DNA from: Candidatus Heimdallarchaeota archaeon
Lineage (GTDB): Archaea; Asgardarchaeota; Heimdallarchaeia; Hodarchaeales; Hodarchaeaceae
Assembly: GCA_011364965.1 (NCBI GenBank)
Contig: RDOB01000002.1
Location: forward strand, 256,001 to 320,000
Direction: 5' to 3'
Length of the DNA stretch: 64,000 nt
How positions within the stretch are numbered: position 1 is the first letter of the stretch; the number at the start of each line of letters is the position of its first letter. This document shows positions 28,189 through 38,395 of this stretch, piece by piece. The notes below the pieces were generated by a model. It was not told the origin of the DNA. It did not search any database and saw only the letters and a list, made by a program, of their open reading frames with translations. The translations under genes were made by a program, and so were the position numbers.

Positions 28189-29784
28189 GTGGGTTCTTGG
28201 ACCACCAAGCATGCTCCTAAACGGAGATCTGATATTGTTGGTAATGAAGACTCAGTAAATGAGATAATTGCTTATTTAAACAAATTCAGAAATCCTCGCT
28301 TACGAAGTAAACTTACAAAGAAAGCTTTACTCCTGGTTGGTCCTCCAGGCATTGGCAAAACCAGCTCAGTTTTAGCCATAGCTAATGGATTAAATTTTGA
28401 TGTTGTTGCTGTTAATGCAAGTGATAAGAGAAATAAACTTTCTCTGCAAGGATTAAGACACGCATCTCTCTTTGGATCGTTAAAGGAGGAATTGAATGAT
28501 CGAATTATTGGCCAAATTCTCTTAGTAGATGAAATCGATGGATTGAGTGGAACTGCAGATCGCGGGGGTATTCGGGAAATTATTGATATTATTGAAAAAA
28601 CGCGAGTTCCCATGATACTGACTGCTAATGACGTAAGCTCTCAAAAATTCAAATCTTTAATAGATCATTGTACAGTTTGCGAGTTTTATCCTCCTAAAGC
28701 TTCAGATATAGTTGGAATTCTCAGTAGAATTTGTAAAAATGAAAATTTAGACGTATCAAAAGAGGTTCTTATCAAACTTAGCGAGTTAAGCTTATTCGAT
28801 ATTCGAGGTTCGATAAATTCCTTACAATCTTTAGCCAGTGGAAGAAAGAAAGTTAATTTAGAGGATCTTTCTTTAATAGTGACGCGTGACACTTCGATAA
28901 ATATTCGTGAGTTTCTCCACACTTTGTTTGTAGAAGCAAATGGAGATAAGGCTTATCAACAAACAAGAGTCTTAAAAGATGTTGATTACGGAAAATTGCT
29001 ACTAATTTTAAGAGATGTTTCATATCGATTCACTGAACTGGGAAATTATGACCAACTGGCGAATATATATGACTTACTCGCTCGAGCTGACGTTGCTCTT
29101 GCCAGAGCCCAAAGAGAACGTGTTTGGTCTCAACTCGTATATTTTTATGGGATGCTCACAAAAGAATTAGCTGATAGCATCACACCTGCTCCCGAATTTC
29201 CTGCAATTCCTGACTGGAAACTTCAAGTTCCATCATATTGGATTACTCTATCTCGTCAACGGAAAGGATTGGCTATCGCGGCAAAAGTTGGACAGTCATG
29301 CTTAGTTTCAAGAAATGACGCAATAAATTATTATTTTCCCTATTTACGCTATATTTTTAGTTACGGTATTGAGCTTGCTGCGAATTTAGCAATTGAATTT
29401 CAATTATTTGATGTTGAACCCGGCGTTAGGAAAACAAAAATTGTCTGGAATGGAGAGATTGACTATTTTTGTAAAGAAAAAGAGATTAATCGTTTAATAA
29501 AGAATCGAATTAAAGAGTTATATCCACAAGTTCCACGAATTGTTGAAAAGGAAGTAGATTCAGCTATACTAGAAAAAATAAAATCTGAACAAAATCTAAT
29601 CAAGACAGAAAGGCAGAAAATTAAAACCAAAGCCAGAACTAAGAAATCTCGTGAATCTAAACCTATAAAAAACAGACCAGAGAGTGTTTCAAAGCCAAAT
29701 AAGAAAAATTCTTCTAATCAAATAGAAGATTCTCAAAAAAGCACTAAAGAAAGCTCAAAAAAGAGCTTGACAGACTTTTTCTAA
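28189..29784 (+). CDS. rfcL: Replication factor C large subunit
   Basis: WTTKHAP, GPPGIGKT, NASDKR, DEIDG, basic tail ending in the PIP-box KKSLTDFF. Confidence 0.95.
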   Translation: MGSWTTKHAPKRRSDIVGNEDSVNEIIAYLNKFRNPRLRSKLTKKALLLVGPPGIGKTSSVLAIANGLNFDVVAVNASDKRNKLSLQGLRHASLFGSLKEELNDRIIGQILLVDEIDGLSGTADRGGIREIIDIIEKTRVPMILTANDVSSQKFKSLIDHCTVCEFYPPKASDIVGILSRICKNENLDVSKEVLIKLSELSLFDIRGSINSLQSLASGRKKVNLEDLSLIVTRDTSINIREFLHTLFVEANGDKAYQQTRVLKDVDYGKLLLILRDVSYRFTELGNYDQLANIYDLLARADVALARAQRERVWSQLVYFYGMLTKELADSITPAPEFPAIPDWKLQVPSYWITLSRQRKGLAIAAKVGQSCLVSRNDAINYYFPYLRYIFSYGIELAANLAIEFQLFDVEPGVRKTKIVWNGEIDYFCKEKEINRLIKNRIKELYPQVPRIVEKEVDSAILEKIKSEQNLIKTERQKIKTKARTKKSRESKPIKNRPESVSKPNKKNSSNQIEDSQKSTKESSKKSLTDFF

Positions 29785-31697
29785 AATTGATCCAATCGGA
29801 ATTTTGTTTTTCGATAAATATATCCTATCTCTGAATCCTGTGCTTCAGTGGCAATGCGTCTGAGCGCATTAATACCAGCAATATCCTCCCCTGTTTCTAT
29901 CATATAGGCAGCTTTTATTAAATAAGTGTCCAAAATTGAAGCTTTTGATCCTGACATCATTGCATATTGCTCTGCAGCTTGTATATATCTTTCTGCATGT
30001 TTAAAATTATCTTTTTCAATAGACATGTATCCCAACTGTAAATTGGCATCGATAGCTATTCTTAGATCCATCAACTCATTTTTACCAAGTTCTAATGATT
30101 TGTGATACCACTTTGCTGACTCATCAAATTCCTCTAGTAACAAATATGTATATCCCAAAGCGAGATAAGTTCGTGCAAGACCGTGAACAGAATTCCATTT
30201 TGTAAGAACCTCTAGAGATCTTTTGAGTATCTTGAGTGCTTCTGTTTCATGATTGTGTAAAGCTAATAATTCTGCTAGATATGCTACATTTAAAGGATTT
30301 ATTTGATCTTTTTGTTGAAATAAAGGTTGAAGAGTAGCAATAGCTTTTGAAAATTCTCCTTGATTTCTATAAAACGTCGCTTCAGTCCGTAAAAATTCAT
30401 TATAAGCTGGAGATCTAAAGAGAACTTCAGGATTAATATCATTTCTTATTAAAAAGAGCTGCTTCGCATTCCCGAAATTTCCTCTAGAAATTTCTATATG
30501 TCCACGCATCCGATGGATGTCTAATAATATCTGACAAAAATAATCTTCAGAAAATTTTACATTTTCTATTGTCTTCTCTGAAATTTGAAGATATTTTTCT
30601 GCCTTTTCCCAAGAATTTAGTCCAATTAATATTTCAGCAAAATTCTTATTCGATTCCAAGAAGAATATAGCTTTCATTTTATGATCAGATGTTCTAATTG
30701 AGGAGTTTAAAAATCTTAAACCCCACTCTTGAGCTTCTTGGTATCTACTTAAATTCTGAAAGAAATGACTTAATTTTTCTTCGGAAAGCATGACAGCCAA
30801 ATTGTTTTTTTGTTTGGCATGAATGTCAATCATAATTGAGAGGTAATCCAGAGTTTCTCGAAATAATCCCTGTGTCCAACTGGCGTGAGATAATTCTGAC
30901 ATGCACTCTGCCATTAAAACTTTATCATCAATTGATCTAGCTGTTTTTTCAGCTCTTTTTAGAAAATAAATCCCCTTAGAAATGGTCTCTGAGTAAAGGC
31001 TTAGTACGGTTCCAACTAGCAAAGCGAATTTTAGAGAAATAGTCTCCTTCTCAACCTCTTGAAGTTTGTGCAAAGCAGTTTCAAAATGAAAGATTGCTTC
31101 TTTAAATTCAGAATTTCGGAATAATGAAATAGCCTGAGAAACAATTTTATTAATAGTTTGATATGCAGATGAAGATGGTTCTGATATCCTATAATTGCCT
31201 TCAACTATTTTAACTAAATTACTAGAAATTTTAAGATATGTTAATAATTGATTATCTCTTTCGGGGGTTAGTCGAGGGTCACGATCTTTCAGTAAAACAC
31301 GAGTTGTTTGTTCAAATCTGCCTGTTTCAATAAAATTCCAAATAATTTTCGCAGAACGAACTTCTGCTTCGTGAGGGTCAATTCCTTTTTCCCGTGCCTT
31401 CATATAAAATTTTTTAAAGATATTAAGGAAATCTTGTTGGAAATTATAACATTCCTCTAAATCTTTCGAATATTGAGCCATGTCTTTTGTAATTACTTTT
31501 GAAAATAATTTACTTTCGAGAAGATAGTAAGTATCTTTATCTAATATACTTCTTAATCTAAAAAATATTTCCTCCTCTCGGTTTTTACTAAAAAAAAGCC
31601 TATCTAGATTACCGAAATAACGGGTTGGTTCACTCTTATAGAAATTAGAGATGAAATCCTCCCAATCATCATTCTGAATCGGATATTCTAAAGACAA
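29781..31697 (-). CDS. Tetratricopeptide-repeat protein
   Basis: Repeated A..Y..LG..Y...EFDESAKWY..SL-type helical units across the C-terminal ~450 aa. Confidence 0.8.
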   Translation of the reverse strand: MSLEYPIQNDDWEDFISNFYKSEPTRYFGNLDRLFFSKNREEEIFFRLRSILDKDTYYLLESKLFSKVITKDMAQYSKDLEECYNFQQDFLNIFKKFYMKAREKGIDPHEAEVRSAKIIWNFIETGRFEQTTRVLLKDRDPRLTPERDNQLLTYLKISSNLVKIVEGNYRISEPSSSAYQTINKIVSQAISLFRNSEFKEAIFHFETALHKLQEVEKETISLKFALLVGTVLSLYSETISKGIYFLKRAEKTARSIDDKVLMAECMSELSHASWTQGLFRETLDYLSIMIDIHAKQKNNLAVMLSEEKLSHFFQNLSRYQEAQEWGLRFLNSSIRTSDHKMKAIFFLESNKNFAEILIGLNSWEKAEKYLQISEKTIENVKFSEDYFCQILLDIHRMRGHIEISRGNFGNAKQLFLIRNDINPEVLFRSPAYNEFLRTEATFYRNQGEFSKAIATLQPLFQQKDQINPLNVAYLAELLALHNHETEALKILKRSLEVLTKWNSVHGLARTYLALGYTYLLLEEFDESAKWYHKSLELGKNELMDLRIAIDANLQLGYMSIEKDNFKHAERYIQAAEQYAMMSGSKASILDTYLIKAAYMIETGEDIAGINALRRIATEAQDSEIGYIYRKTKFRLDQF

Positions 31698-32091
31698 TTC
31701 GATTATCTCTTCAAAGTTTTTTTTTGTTCAAAAAACGAATGTATAAACAATTTGAGAGAAAGGATCATATTCTCTGCTTCTAGCCCTAGATAAATATTCC
31801 ATATATTTAATGATTACGAAATTAATTCCTTTCTTCTGTGTCCATCAATTCATCTATTATTAAGATTCCGTGAAAAACTTAAAGATCCCTATTCCCTCCA
31901 ATATCACTAGATTCAATTGATAAGCGCAAAATTTCAATTCTCATTGTTGAATTATATTAACTAAGAAATCTCCTAAACTTAAGTTATGAATCCAACAAGA
32001 GATTTCATCAAGGAAATAGAATGAAATTAAAGGAGCAATTATACGAAAATTATTTGATGAAATGATGAAGGTATAACTTGAGGAAAAGCAA

Positions 32092-33183
32092 ATGACTTTG
32101 TCAAATCAACGTCTTCAGCGTATACAGAACCTGATGAGTAATTCAAATATTGGTACAATAATAATTCCCCTAGGTATCAATTTCCACTATATATTTAGCT
32201 CCCAATTAGAGGAGCCAAGTGAAAGACTTCTTTTAGGAATTATAAATGACAATAATTCTCCTAAATTATTAGTTCCGAATTTTGAAATTGCTAGAATGAA
32301 GCAAATGACTGGGATTTCAGATGTAATTGGCTGGGAGGAAACTCATGATCCATATAAACAGATTGCTGATTTGGTACCACATGATAGACAGAAATCCATT
32401 GCTATTGAACCAAAAATGTGGTTTTCGGTTTACAATCAACTTTCACAGTCCTTGAACGAGTATACTATCGTCTCAGCTGAAAACATATTTAACATAGTTA
32501 GAGCAGAAAAAGACGAAACTGAACGGAAATTGATACTTGAAGCTTCACAGAAATCTGGTAATGCAATTATAGAAGTATTATATGAACTAGAAACTGGAAT
32601 GACTGAAATTGATGCTTCAAAAATACTAAAAGAGAAGTTGAATTGGGGAATAGACCAGAAAACATTCGCTTTGGTGCAATTTGGAGAAAATAGTGCACTA
32701 CCTCATTATCATGGAGGAGAGAAAAAACTTGAAAAAAACAATGTTGTTCTAATTGATGCTGGAGGCTCATTAGAAAATTACTGGGGAGATATTACAATAA
32801 CTGCGGTATGGGGTGAAGCACCAAGAGACTTTAAAGAAATTTTTGACATTGTATATACAGCCAATGAAAATGCTAAAGCAGCTACGAACGATAATAAACT
32901 CCCCGGTGACATTGATGCTGCAGCTCGTGATTATATCAGAAGTTTTGGTTATGGAGAATATTTTACTCATCGAACTGGACATGGAATTGGCTTAGAAGTT
33001 CATGAACATCCTTATATTGTGGGAAAGAACCATAATCCCCTGAAAACTGGAAACGCTTTCACTATTGAACCTGGAATATACTTACCCGAAAAATTTGGTG
33101 TACGTATCGAAGATAATGTAATTAAAACAGAAGAAGGTATAAGAACAAGCGAAATTCCGAGATATGAGATCATGGAAATTTAA
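32092..33183 (+). CDS. pepQ: Xaa-Pro peptidase (M24B)
   Basis: LPH, IDAG, GDITIT, HRTGHGIGLEVHE, TIEPGIY, GVRIED. Confidence 0.93.
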   Translation: MTLSNQRLQRIQNLMSNSNIGTIIIPLGINFHYIFSSQLEEPSERLLLGIINDNNSPKLLVPNFEIARMKQMTGISDVIGWEETHDPYKQIADLVPHDRQKSIAIEPKMWFSVYNQLSQSLNEYTIVSAENIFNIVRAEKDETERKLILEASQKSGNAIIEVLYELETGMTEIDASKILKEKLNWGIDQKTFALVQFGENSALPHYHGGEKKLEKNNVVLIDAGGSLENYWGDITITAVWGEAPRDFKEIFDIVYTANENAKAATNDNKLPGDIDAAARDYIRSFGYGEYFTHRTGHGIGLEVHEHPYIVGKNHNPLKTGNAFTIEPGIYLPEKFGVRIEDNVIKTEEGIRTSEIPRYEIMEI

Positions 33184-33497
33184 AAAAAAATTCGTAGCAA
33201 TTATGTTATTTAAGAAACAAGGGAATATTATTTCAGTAATCGTCTCTTGATTTTATAGAAAATTTGAAAAAAAAGATAAATTCATATTCTTTTACTTGAT
33301 TCAGGTTGTTGAAAATGCAAATGTGGAAAGTTCAAATAGCTTATACTTATCTTAATTGGACTTTATCCCATGAAGCACAATATCTTAACGATCCTGACAA
33401 GCTGGCTTTAATGATCAATTTTTACCCGATTAAATATTTAATTCCCTTAGAGAAAGCATAATATCTGTGTAACAAGTTTGGAGTCTAGTTGATTACC

Positions 33498-34511
33498 ATG
33501 GAAATTAGAAAAATCCAAGTAACGGGAGCAGGTGATACTAGGATTATCAGTCTCCCCAAAGAATGGGCTGAACGACACAATCTCGACAAAGGTTCAAATA
33601 TTATAATCAAAGAGCTGACAAATGGCGACTTGATTATCTACCCTCAAGACTCCTTATCAGAGAAACGTTTTTCGAGAATAATTGAATCGGATCATGTCAG
33701 TAGAGATATTTTAGCGGCTTATTTACTTGGTAGCGATGTAATTATTGTCAGCTCGAAGAAAGGTGAATCTTTCAGTAAAAGAAGTGAGATTAAAGAGCTT
33801 AGTCGTCAATTAATTGGATTAGAGGTTTTAGGTGAGACAAAAGATAGCATCGAACTTCATTTTTTGATAGGTGAAGAAAAAGAAAATCCTAAGAAGTATG
33901 TAAAGCGATGCTTTTCAATTGCGAACCTAATGCAAAAAGATGCATTTATGGCTTTCCTTAATTCTGATATCATTCTTGCAGATGAAGTGATCGAACGGGA
34001 TGTCGAAGTTAATAGACTTTATTTCTTAATAGTTCGAATGCTAAAAATAATGGTTGATGACAAAAGAGAGATTTCCTATTTAAAATCTACTGCTTGTTTG
34101 GATTGGCGTATGGTTGCAGCATATGGAGAAGATTTGGGTGATGCTGCTGTTGAATTTGCAGAAATGATTAAAAATTCACCAGAAATGAAGGATAAGCTAT
34201 CTAAAACAACTCTGTCCAAAATCCGCACGTTAAGTGAGTTAACAACAGATGTATTAAAAGAGAGTCTGGAGAGCTTTTTTAGTCAGAATGTCAATGTTGC
34301 AGAGAAATTGAAAAATCGGATTCGTAATCAACTTCAAAATCTTCATACTGAAATTCAGGAAGATATTTCGAAACTAGAAACAGAGGTGGTTTGGAAACTC
34401 TCGTCTCTATTGAATTTTTTTAAGTTATTGAGAGAAACAGCCATTGATATCGGTGATTTAGTCATTGCTAACGATACATCAATTGATTCGGACTCAATAA
34501 ACAATGAATAA
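33498..34511 (+). CDS. phoU: AbrB-PhoU family phosphate uptake regulator
   Basis: N-terminal RKIQVTG...IISLPKEWA (AbrB-like) and ERDVEVNRLYFLIVR PhoU helices. Confidence 0.88.
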   Translation: MEIRKIQVTGAGDTRIISLPKEWAERHNLDKGSNIIIKELTNGDLIIYPQDSLSEKRFSRIIESDHVSRDILAAYLLGSDVIIVSSKKGESFSKRSEIKELSRQLIGLEVLGETKDSIELHFLIGEEKENPKKYVKRCFSIANLMQKDAFMAFLNSDIILADEVIERDVEVNRLYFLIVRMLKIMVDDKREISYLKSTACLDWRMVAAYGEDLGDAAVEFAEMIKNSPEMKDKLSKTTLSKIRTLSELTTDVLKESLESFFSQNVNVAEKLKNRIRNQLQNLHTEIQEDISKLETEVVWKLSSLLNFFKLLRETAIDIGDLVIANDTSIDSDSINNE

Positions 34512-34591
34512 CGGAAAAAAGATCGAAATTTTAATATAGAAGTACCAATTTCCAAGCTATCAAACAGAATTTGCCTTGGAGGCAGGTTTTT

Positions 34592-34822
34592 ATGAGTATC
34601 AAAGATGAAATTGCTAGTGCATTAGATGAAATACGTCCATATTTGCAAAGAGACGGTGGAGATGTAGAATTTGTAGATTATGACGCTGAAAGTGGAGTTC
34701 TAAAAGTAAAATTAGTGGGAAGCTGTAGGGGGTGTCCTTATTCACAAATGACTTTAGCAAATGGGATTAAACAAACACTCCAACGAAATTTCCCCCAATT
34801 GAACGATGTTGTGGGAGTTTAG
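34592..34822 (+). CDS. NifU/Nfu-type Fe-S carrier protein
   Basis: IRPYLQRDGGDVE...GSCRGCP; ATG 34592 follows GGAGG. Confidence 0.93.
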   Translation: MSIKDEIASALDEIRPYLQRDGGDVEFVDYDAESGVLKVKLVGSCRGCPYSQMTLANGIKQTLQRNFPQLNDVVGV

Positions 34823-34851
34823 AATAAAAGGAGGGCATTTCTTTCTTTTTA

Positions 34852-35637
34852 TTATGATTCTAAACTTTTTTCCATCTCGTTTAACATATACTCAAAATCT
34901 TTGCCAATTGTTAGTAAATGGCCTGAATTTTTTAATCTTAAAACACGAATCTGGGTTTCAGAAGTAAACTTATTGCATATTGCTTCTTCAATTGCATGTA
35001 TTGAAACAGTTTCATCCAGTAATCCATATATAACTAAGGTAGGTATAGTGATTTGCATGTTAGTGGATTTTATCACCTTAAGAAACGTAATTAGATCTTG
35101 AATGCTCTTAGTTGGATAATAATAGTAGCTATATAGATTATTATCTTTGTACAACTGAAGGGTACCATCCCCTTTATACACATACTTTTTTACATATTTT
35201 AGAATAGGAGAAAAGTAGGCCAATTTCGATTTGGGAGCAAAGATAGGCGCTAATAAAATCAATTTACAAATATTGGCTTCCTTAACGTTATGAACCAAGT
35301 ATAAACACAATGTAGCCCCCATAGAAATCCCTATCGGTACAATATTGTCACATTTTGATTTAAGAAAATTATAACCGTCTTCTACAGAGGCATACCAATC
35401 TTTCCAAGAGTATTTCGTCATTTCTTTGTAATTTATACCGTGTCCAGCTAAACGAACTCCAAGTACTGTATATCCCTTGGAATTTAGATACTTTCCAACC
35501 GGAAGCATTTCAGTGGGTGATGCAGTAAAACCATGTACTAATAATAATCCAATTTTTAATGTTCCTTCGAAATAGAAAGGCTCTGTGAGGTGCTTCACAG
35601 CCTCAAGTTCATCTTTCTCGACTACCATGAATATCAT
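34852..35637 (-). CDS. Alpha/beta-hydrolase carboxylesterase (Est30/monoacylglycerol lipase-like)
   Basis: HGFTASP, GISMG nucleophile, D.TV, SGH. Start probably 35637 or 35628 rather than 35721. Confidence 0.9.
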   Translation of the reverse strand: MIFMVVEKDELEAVKHLTEPFYFEGTLKIGLLLVHGFTASPTEMLPVGKYLNSKGYTVLGVRLAGHGINYKEMTKYSWKDWYASVEDGYNFLKSKCDNIVPIGISMGATLCLYLVHNVKEANICKLILLAPIFAPKSKLAYFSPILKYVKKYVYKGDGTLQLYKDNNLYSYYYYPTKSIQDLITFLKVIKSTNMQITIPTLVIYGLLDETVSIHAIEEAICNKFTSETQIRVLRLKNSGHLLTIGKDFEYMLNEMEKSLES

Positions 35638-35752
35638 CGCTCTATTAATTATTTCTGTTAATATAAAATATTTATATTTGCATTTAAACTGAAATGAAAA
35701 AACTAAAGAATCATGTAACATTGCGAATTTAAGTAAGTATGCAACACTTCAA

Positions 35753-37147
35753 TTGAGAGTGAATAATTTGTTTCATCATACTCCAGCAGGTAATAAAAAA
35801 TTCAAAGTAACTTTATTTGTGCTTTGGCTTTTAATGACTTCTGGAGTGGTTTCTACCGCCACCAGTTATCAAACAGTGATCAAATCTAATCAAACTCAAA
35901 TTAGGGTTGTTGAGGAGCAATTACCGATCTTAGGAGGAATTAACTCCATAAGAGCTGTGATAGGTTCTAGTACTATTGGTGTGGGGTATGGTACACCATC
36001 GAATCCACAATCCATCGCGATCTTTACAAGTTTTTCACAGAATATCGCTAAAATTGAATTGAAGGACAGACAGGGAATTGTTATAAATCGTACGCAATTA
36101 ATTACAAGAAATAGCTTTCTCGTGTCATTAGATAGTATAATTGAATTTAATGATGTGAATGATGACAACATTTCTAGTTCATTAGAAATTCATCGAGCAT
36201 ATCGGATGATTAATTTGTCACAAATTCAATTCAATATAGAAAGAATAGGTTTTGGTCCAAACACCACAGAAGGAGAAATTCATTACCAACTCAGATTATT
36301 TGCTGAGGAGATTCCGTACATAGATTTGTGGGGAGGATCTTCCTCTGATACGCTAGATCAATTAGTTTTCACTTTTGACCTGTTCATGAGAAGGGACACA
36401 ATCATAATGAGTTCTGTGCCAATTATCTCTGTACAGCCAGTAAATCGACAACTGCGTATATCTATTGATAATGAAAATCTTACTACCCCTGCTAATAGAT
36501 TTACTCCTCGATTGAAGTTTTCTTGTAATATTTTAGGTTGGGATTATTCATCTCCTAAATCTAAATTATTACTTATAGTAAATTCGTTTACACGTGAAGA
36601 CATCCAGTCATTAGGAAATATTTCAGGACTTCCTTTAAATTCCGAGGTTTTGAAAAATACTAATTTATTATCTACCATTGGATTTATGGCAAAACGCTTA
36701 GGAGTTACAACTTCTTATAACATGGATCTCAGTGAGCGTCAGCGAATAAATTTCACTTCTTATCGGTTTTTAAATAATCAATACTCTCTTCAGAATTCAT
36801 TAAGAAGTTATTTAAATTTCAGCTGGCTACCAAATGTAAATGTAGATGGAATTGTACACCCAGTTGTATTTCAACCCTTGCTTTCAGGTGAAAGAAATCT
36901 AGATCTTGGTTTCTCTCACCAGGTTTCCACTTTTTATTTGTTAGGTGGATTTATTTTCCCACAAGGAACCGAAATAAATTATGATCCGGAAATTCAGCTT
37001 GAAGAGCTCAATCCAATTTTTAAATTCCTAGCAATCCCAAATCGAATGTTATTAGAACAGAGTAGTTTACTAATCCTAATATCTGGATTTCTCTTAGGAA
37101 TTGTAATAATATTCCGTCAACGAATTAGAATAAAAAAACAAAACTAA
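35753..37147 (+). CDS. Secreted, C-terminally membrane-anchored beta-rich surface protein
   Basis: N-terminal hydrophobic signal, EFNDVNDD loop, LKFSCNILGW, INYDPE, then a TM helix and basic tail. Confidence 0.75.
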   Translation: MRVNNLFHHTPAGNKKFKVTLFVLWLLMTSGVVSTATSYQTVIKSNQTQIRVVEEQLPILGGINSIRAVIGSSTIGVGYGTPSNPQSIAIFTSFSQNIAKIELKDRQGIVINRTQLITRNSFLVSLDSIIEFNDVNDDNISSSLEIHRAYRMINLSQIQFNIERIGFGPNTTEGEIHYQLRLFAEEIPYIDLWGGSSSDTLDQLVFTFDLFMRRDTIIMSSVPIISVQPVNRQLRISIDNENLTTPANRFTPRLKFSCNILGWDYSSPKSKLLLIVNSFTREDIQSLGNISGLPLNSEVLKNTNLLSTIGFMAKRLGVTTSYNMDLSERQRINFTSYRFLNNQYSLQNSLRSYLNFSWLPNVNVDGIVHPVVFQPLLSGERNLDLGFSHQVSTFYLLGGFIFPQGTEINYDPEIQLEELNPIFKFLAIPNRMLLEQSSLLILISGFLLGIVIIFRQRIRIKKQN

Positions 37148-37180
37148 TTTCCTAGAACATTCGATTGAGGATCAAGTATT

Positions 37181-38074
37181 ATGGGCACTAATGGTCACAA
37201 TGTATCAGAAACCCCTCCAATTCAGGACTTATACGCTGCCCTAGGTCACGCAATTCGATATGATATAGTTCAATATTTGGGAACCTTTCACAGGCCAGTT
37301 CATTATAAAGAATTGGTTGAATGGTTGAATATAAAACCTGGTTCTTTTTATTTTCATATGAAGAAACTCGAAGGCCTTGTTGCACAAGATGACCACAAGA
37401 GGTTTTATTTAACACCTTCTGGGTTATTCACTCTCGATCTATTGAGATCTGGAGAAAATCTAAGATCGCAAACACCCAAAAGAATTACAGAAGAAACAGA
37501 TGAGCCCCTAAATCCTCCAGAAAGATTTAAAATTACGTTATTTGGTGAATTCGTTCGAAGGAAGGCATTTAATGCTCAATATAAGTCGCTTATGGTAATA
37601 ATTCTTCTTTTACAAATTTTTATCCTCGAATTGGCTAAACTTGGAGTGATTCCGTTTTATTTTGATGGGCGTCTTTATATCAATGCCATCGTTGGAGCAA
37701 TTGAGCTTATCCTTACCTTTATGGTAGTATGGATTTTACTAGAGTTAATTTCGCGGTTCCTTAGCCCGATAAAAGGATTTTCAATTGAATTACTAGTAGG
37801 AATACCTTTAGCGATGTCACCGTTGTTTATTTATCCTGTTTTGGTATTCTTCGCTACAATCACTAATTTAAGTTTACTTTTGGATTTATTAGCGCATCCA
37901 GTTGTATCTGTCGGGTCATTATTTCTATTACAGATTTTAAGTGCAATATTTTTGATACAATTACTGCAAGTCATTAAATCCTTAAATTTTGAGAGAGCAT
38001 TAATTCCAGTGTTTATATTACTATATGGTTTCAGTATCCTTACTTTCATTCTAACCAATCTTATTTCAGGTTAG
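37181..38074 (+). CDS. Membrane-bound winged-HTH (ArsR-like) transcription regulator
   Basis: ALGHAIRYDI...YKEL...IKPGSFYFHMKKLEGLV.QD...FYLTPSG, followed by about 5 TM helices. Confidence 0.85.
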   Translation: MGTNGHNVSETPPIQDLYAALGHAIRYDIVQYLGTFHRPVHYKELVEWLNIKPGSFYFHMKKLEGLVAQDDHKRFYLTPSGLFTLDLLRSGENLRSQTPKRITEETDEPLNPPERFKITLFGEFVRRKAFNAQYKSLMVIILLLQIFILELAKLGVIPFYFDGRLYINAIVGAIELILTFMVVWILLELISRFLSPIKGFSIELLVGIPLAMSPLFIYPVLVFFATITNLSLLLDLLAHPVVSVGSLFLLQILSAIFLIQLLQVIKSLNFERALIPVFILLYGFSILTFILTNLISG

Positions 38075-38137
38075 ATGATTCTTGCCAATTTATAATTACT
38101 AATCATACTTATTCCTTATAATAAACCGTAATTATAA

Positions 38138-38157
38138 ATTTCAACAATGGTTGAAAT
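38138..38157. promoter_or_regulatory. Palindromic operator ATTTCAAC-N4-GTTGAAAT
   Basis: Perfect 8-bp arms; a degenerate copy TTTTCAAC-ATTG-GTAAAA lies at 38321-38338. Confidence 0.55.
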
Positions 38158-38395
38158 CTAAGAATCGCATATTATTTTCAAATTATGAGCTAGATTAAGG
38201 GATAAATGCTCTCTGATAGGATAATGTCAAACCATGCATAAATTAAAAGAGAAAAGCAGCATTTTTTTCCTATAAATGTGTTTTAAGGATTAAGTGATCC
38301 AAAAAAAGGCGATTAAAAAATTTTCAACATTGGTAAAAGTAAAAATGCTTAAACCATAAAGTGTTTGTATTAACCACACAAGAAGGTGAATACTA

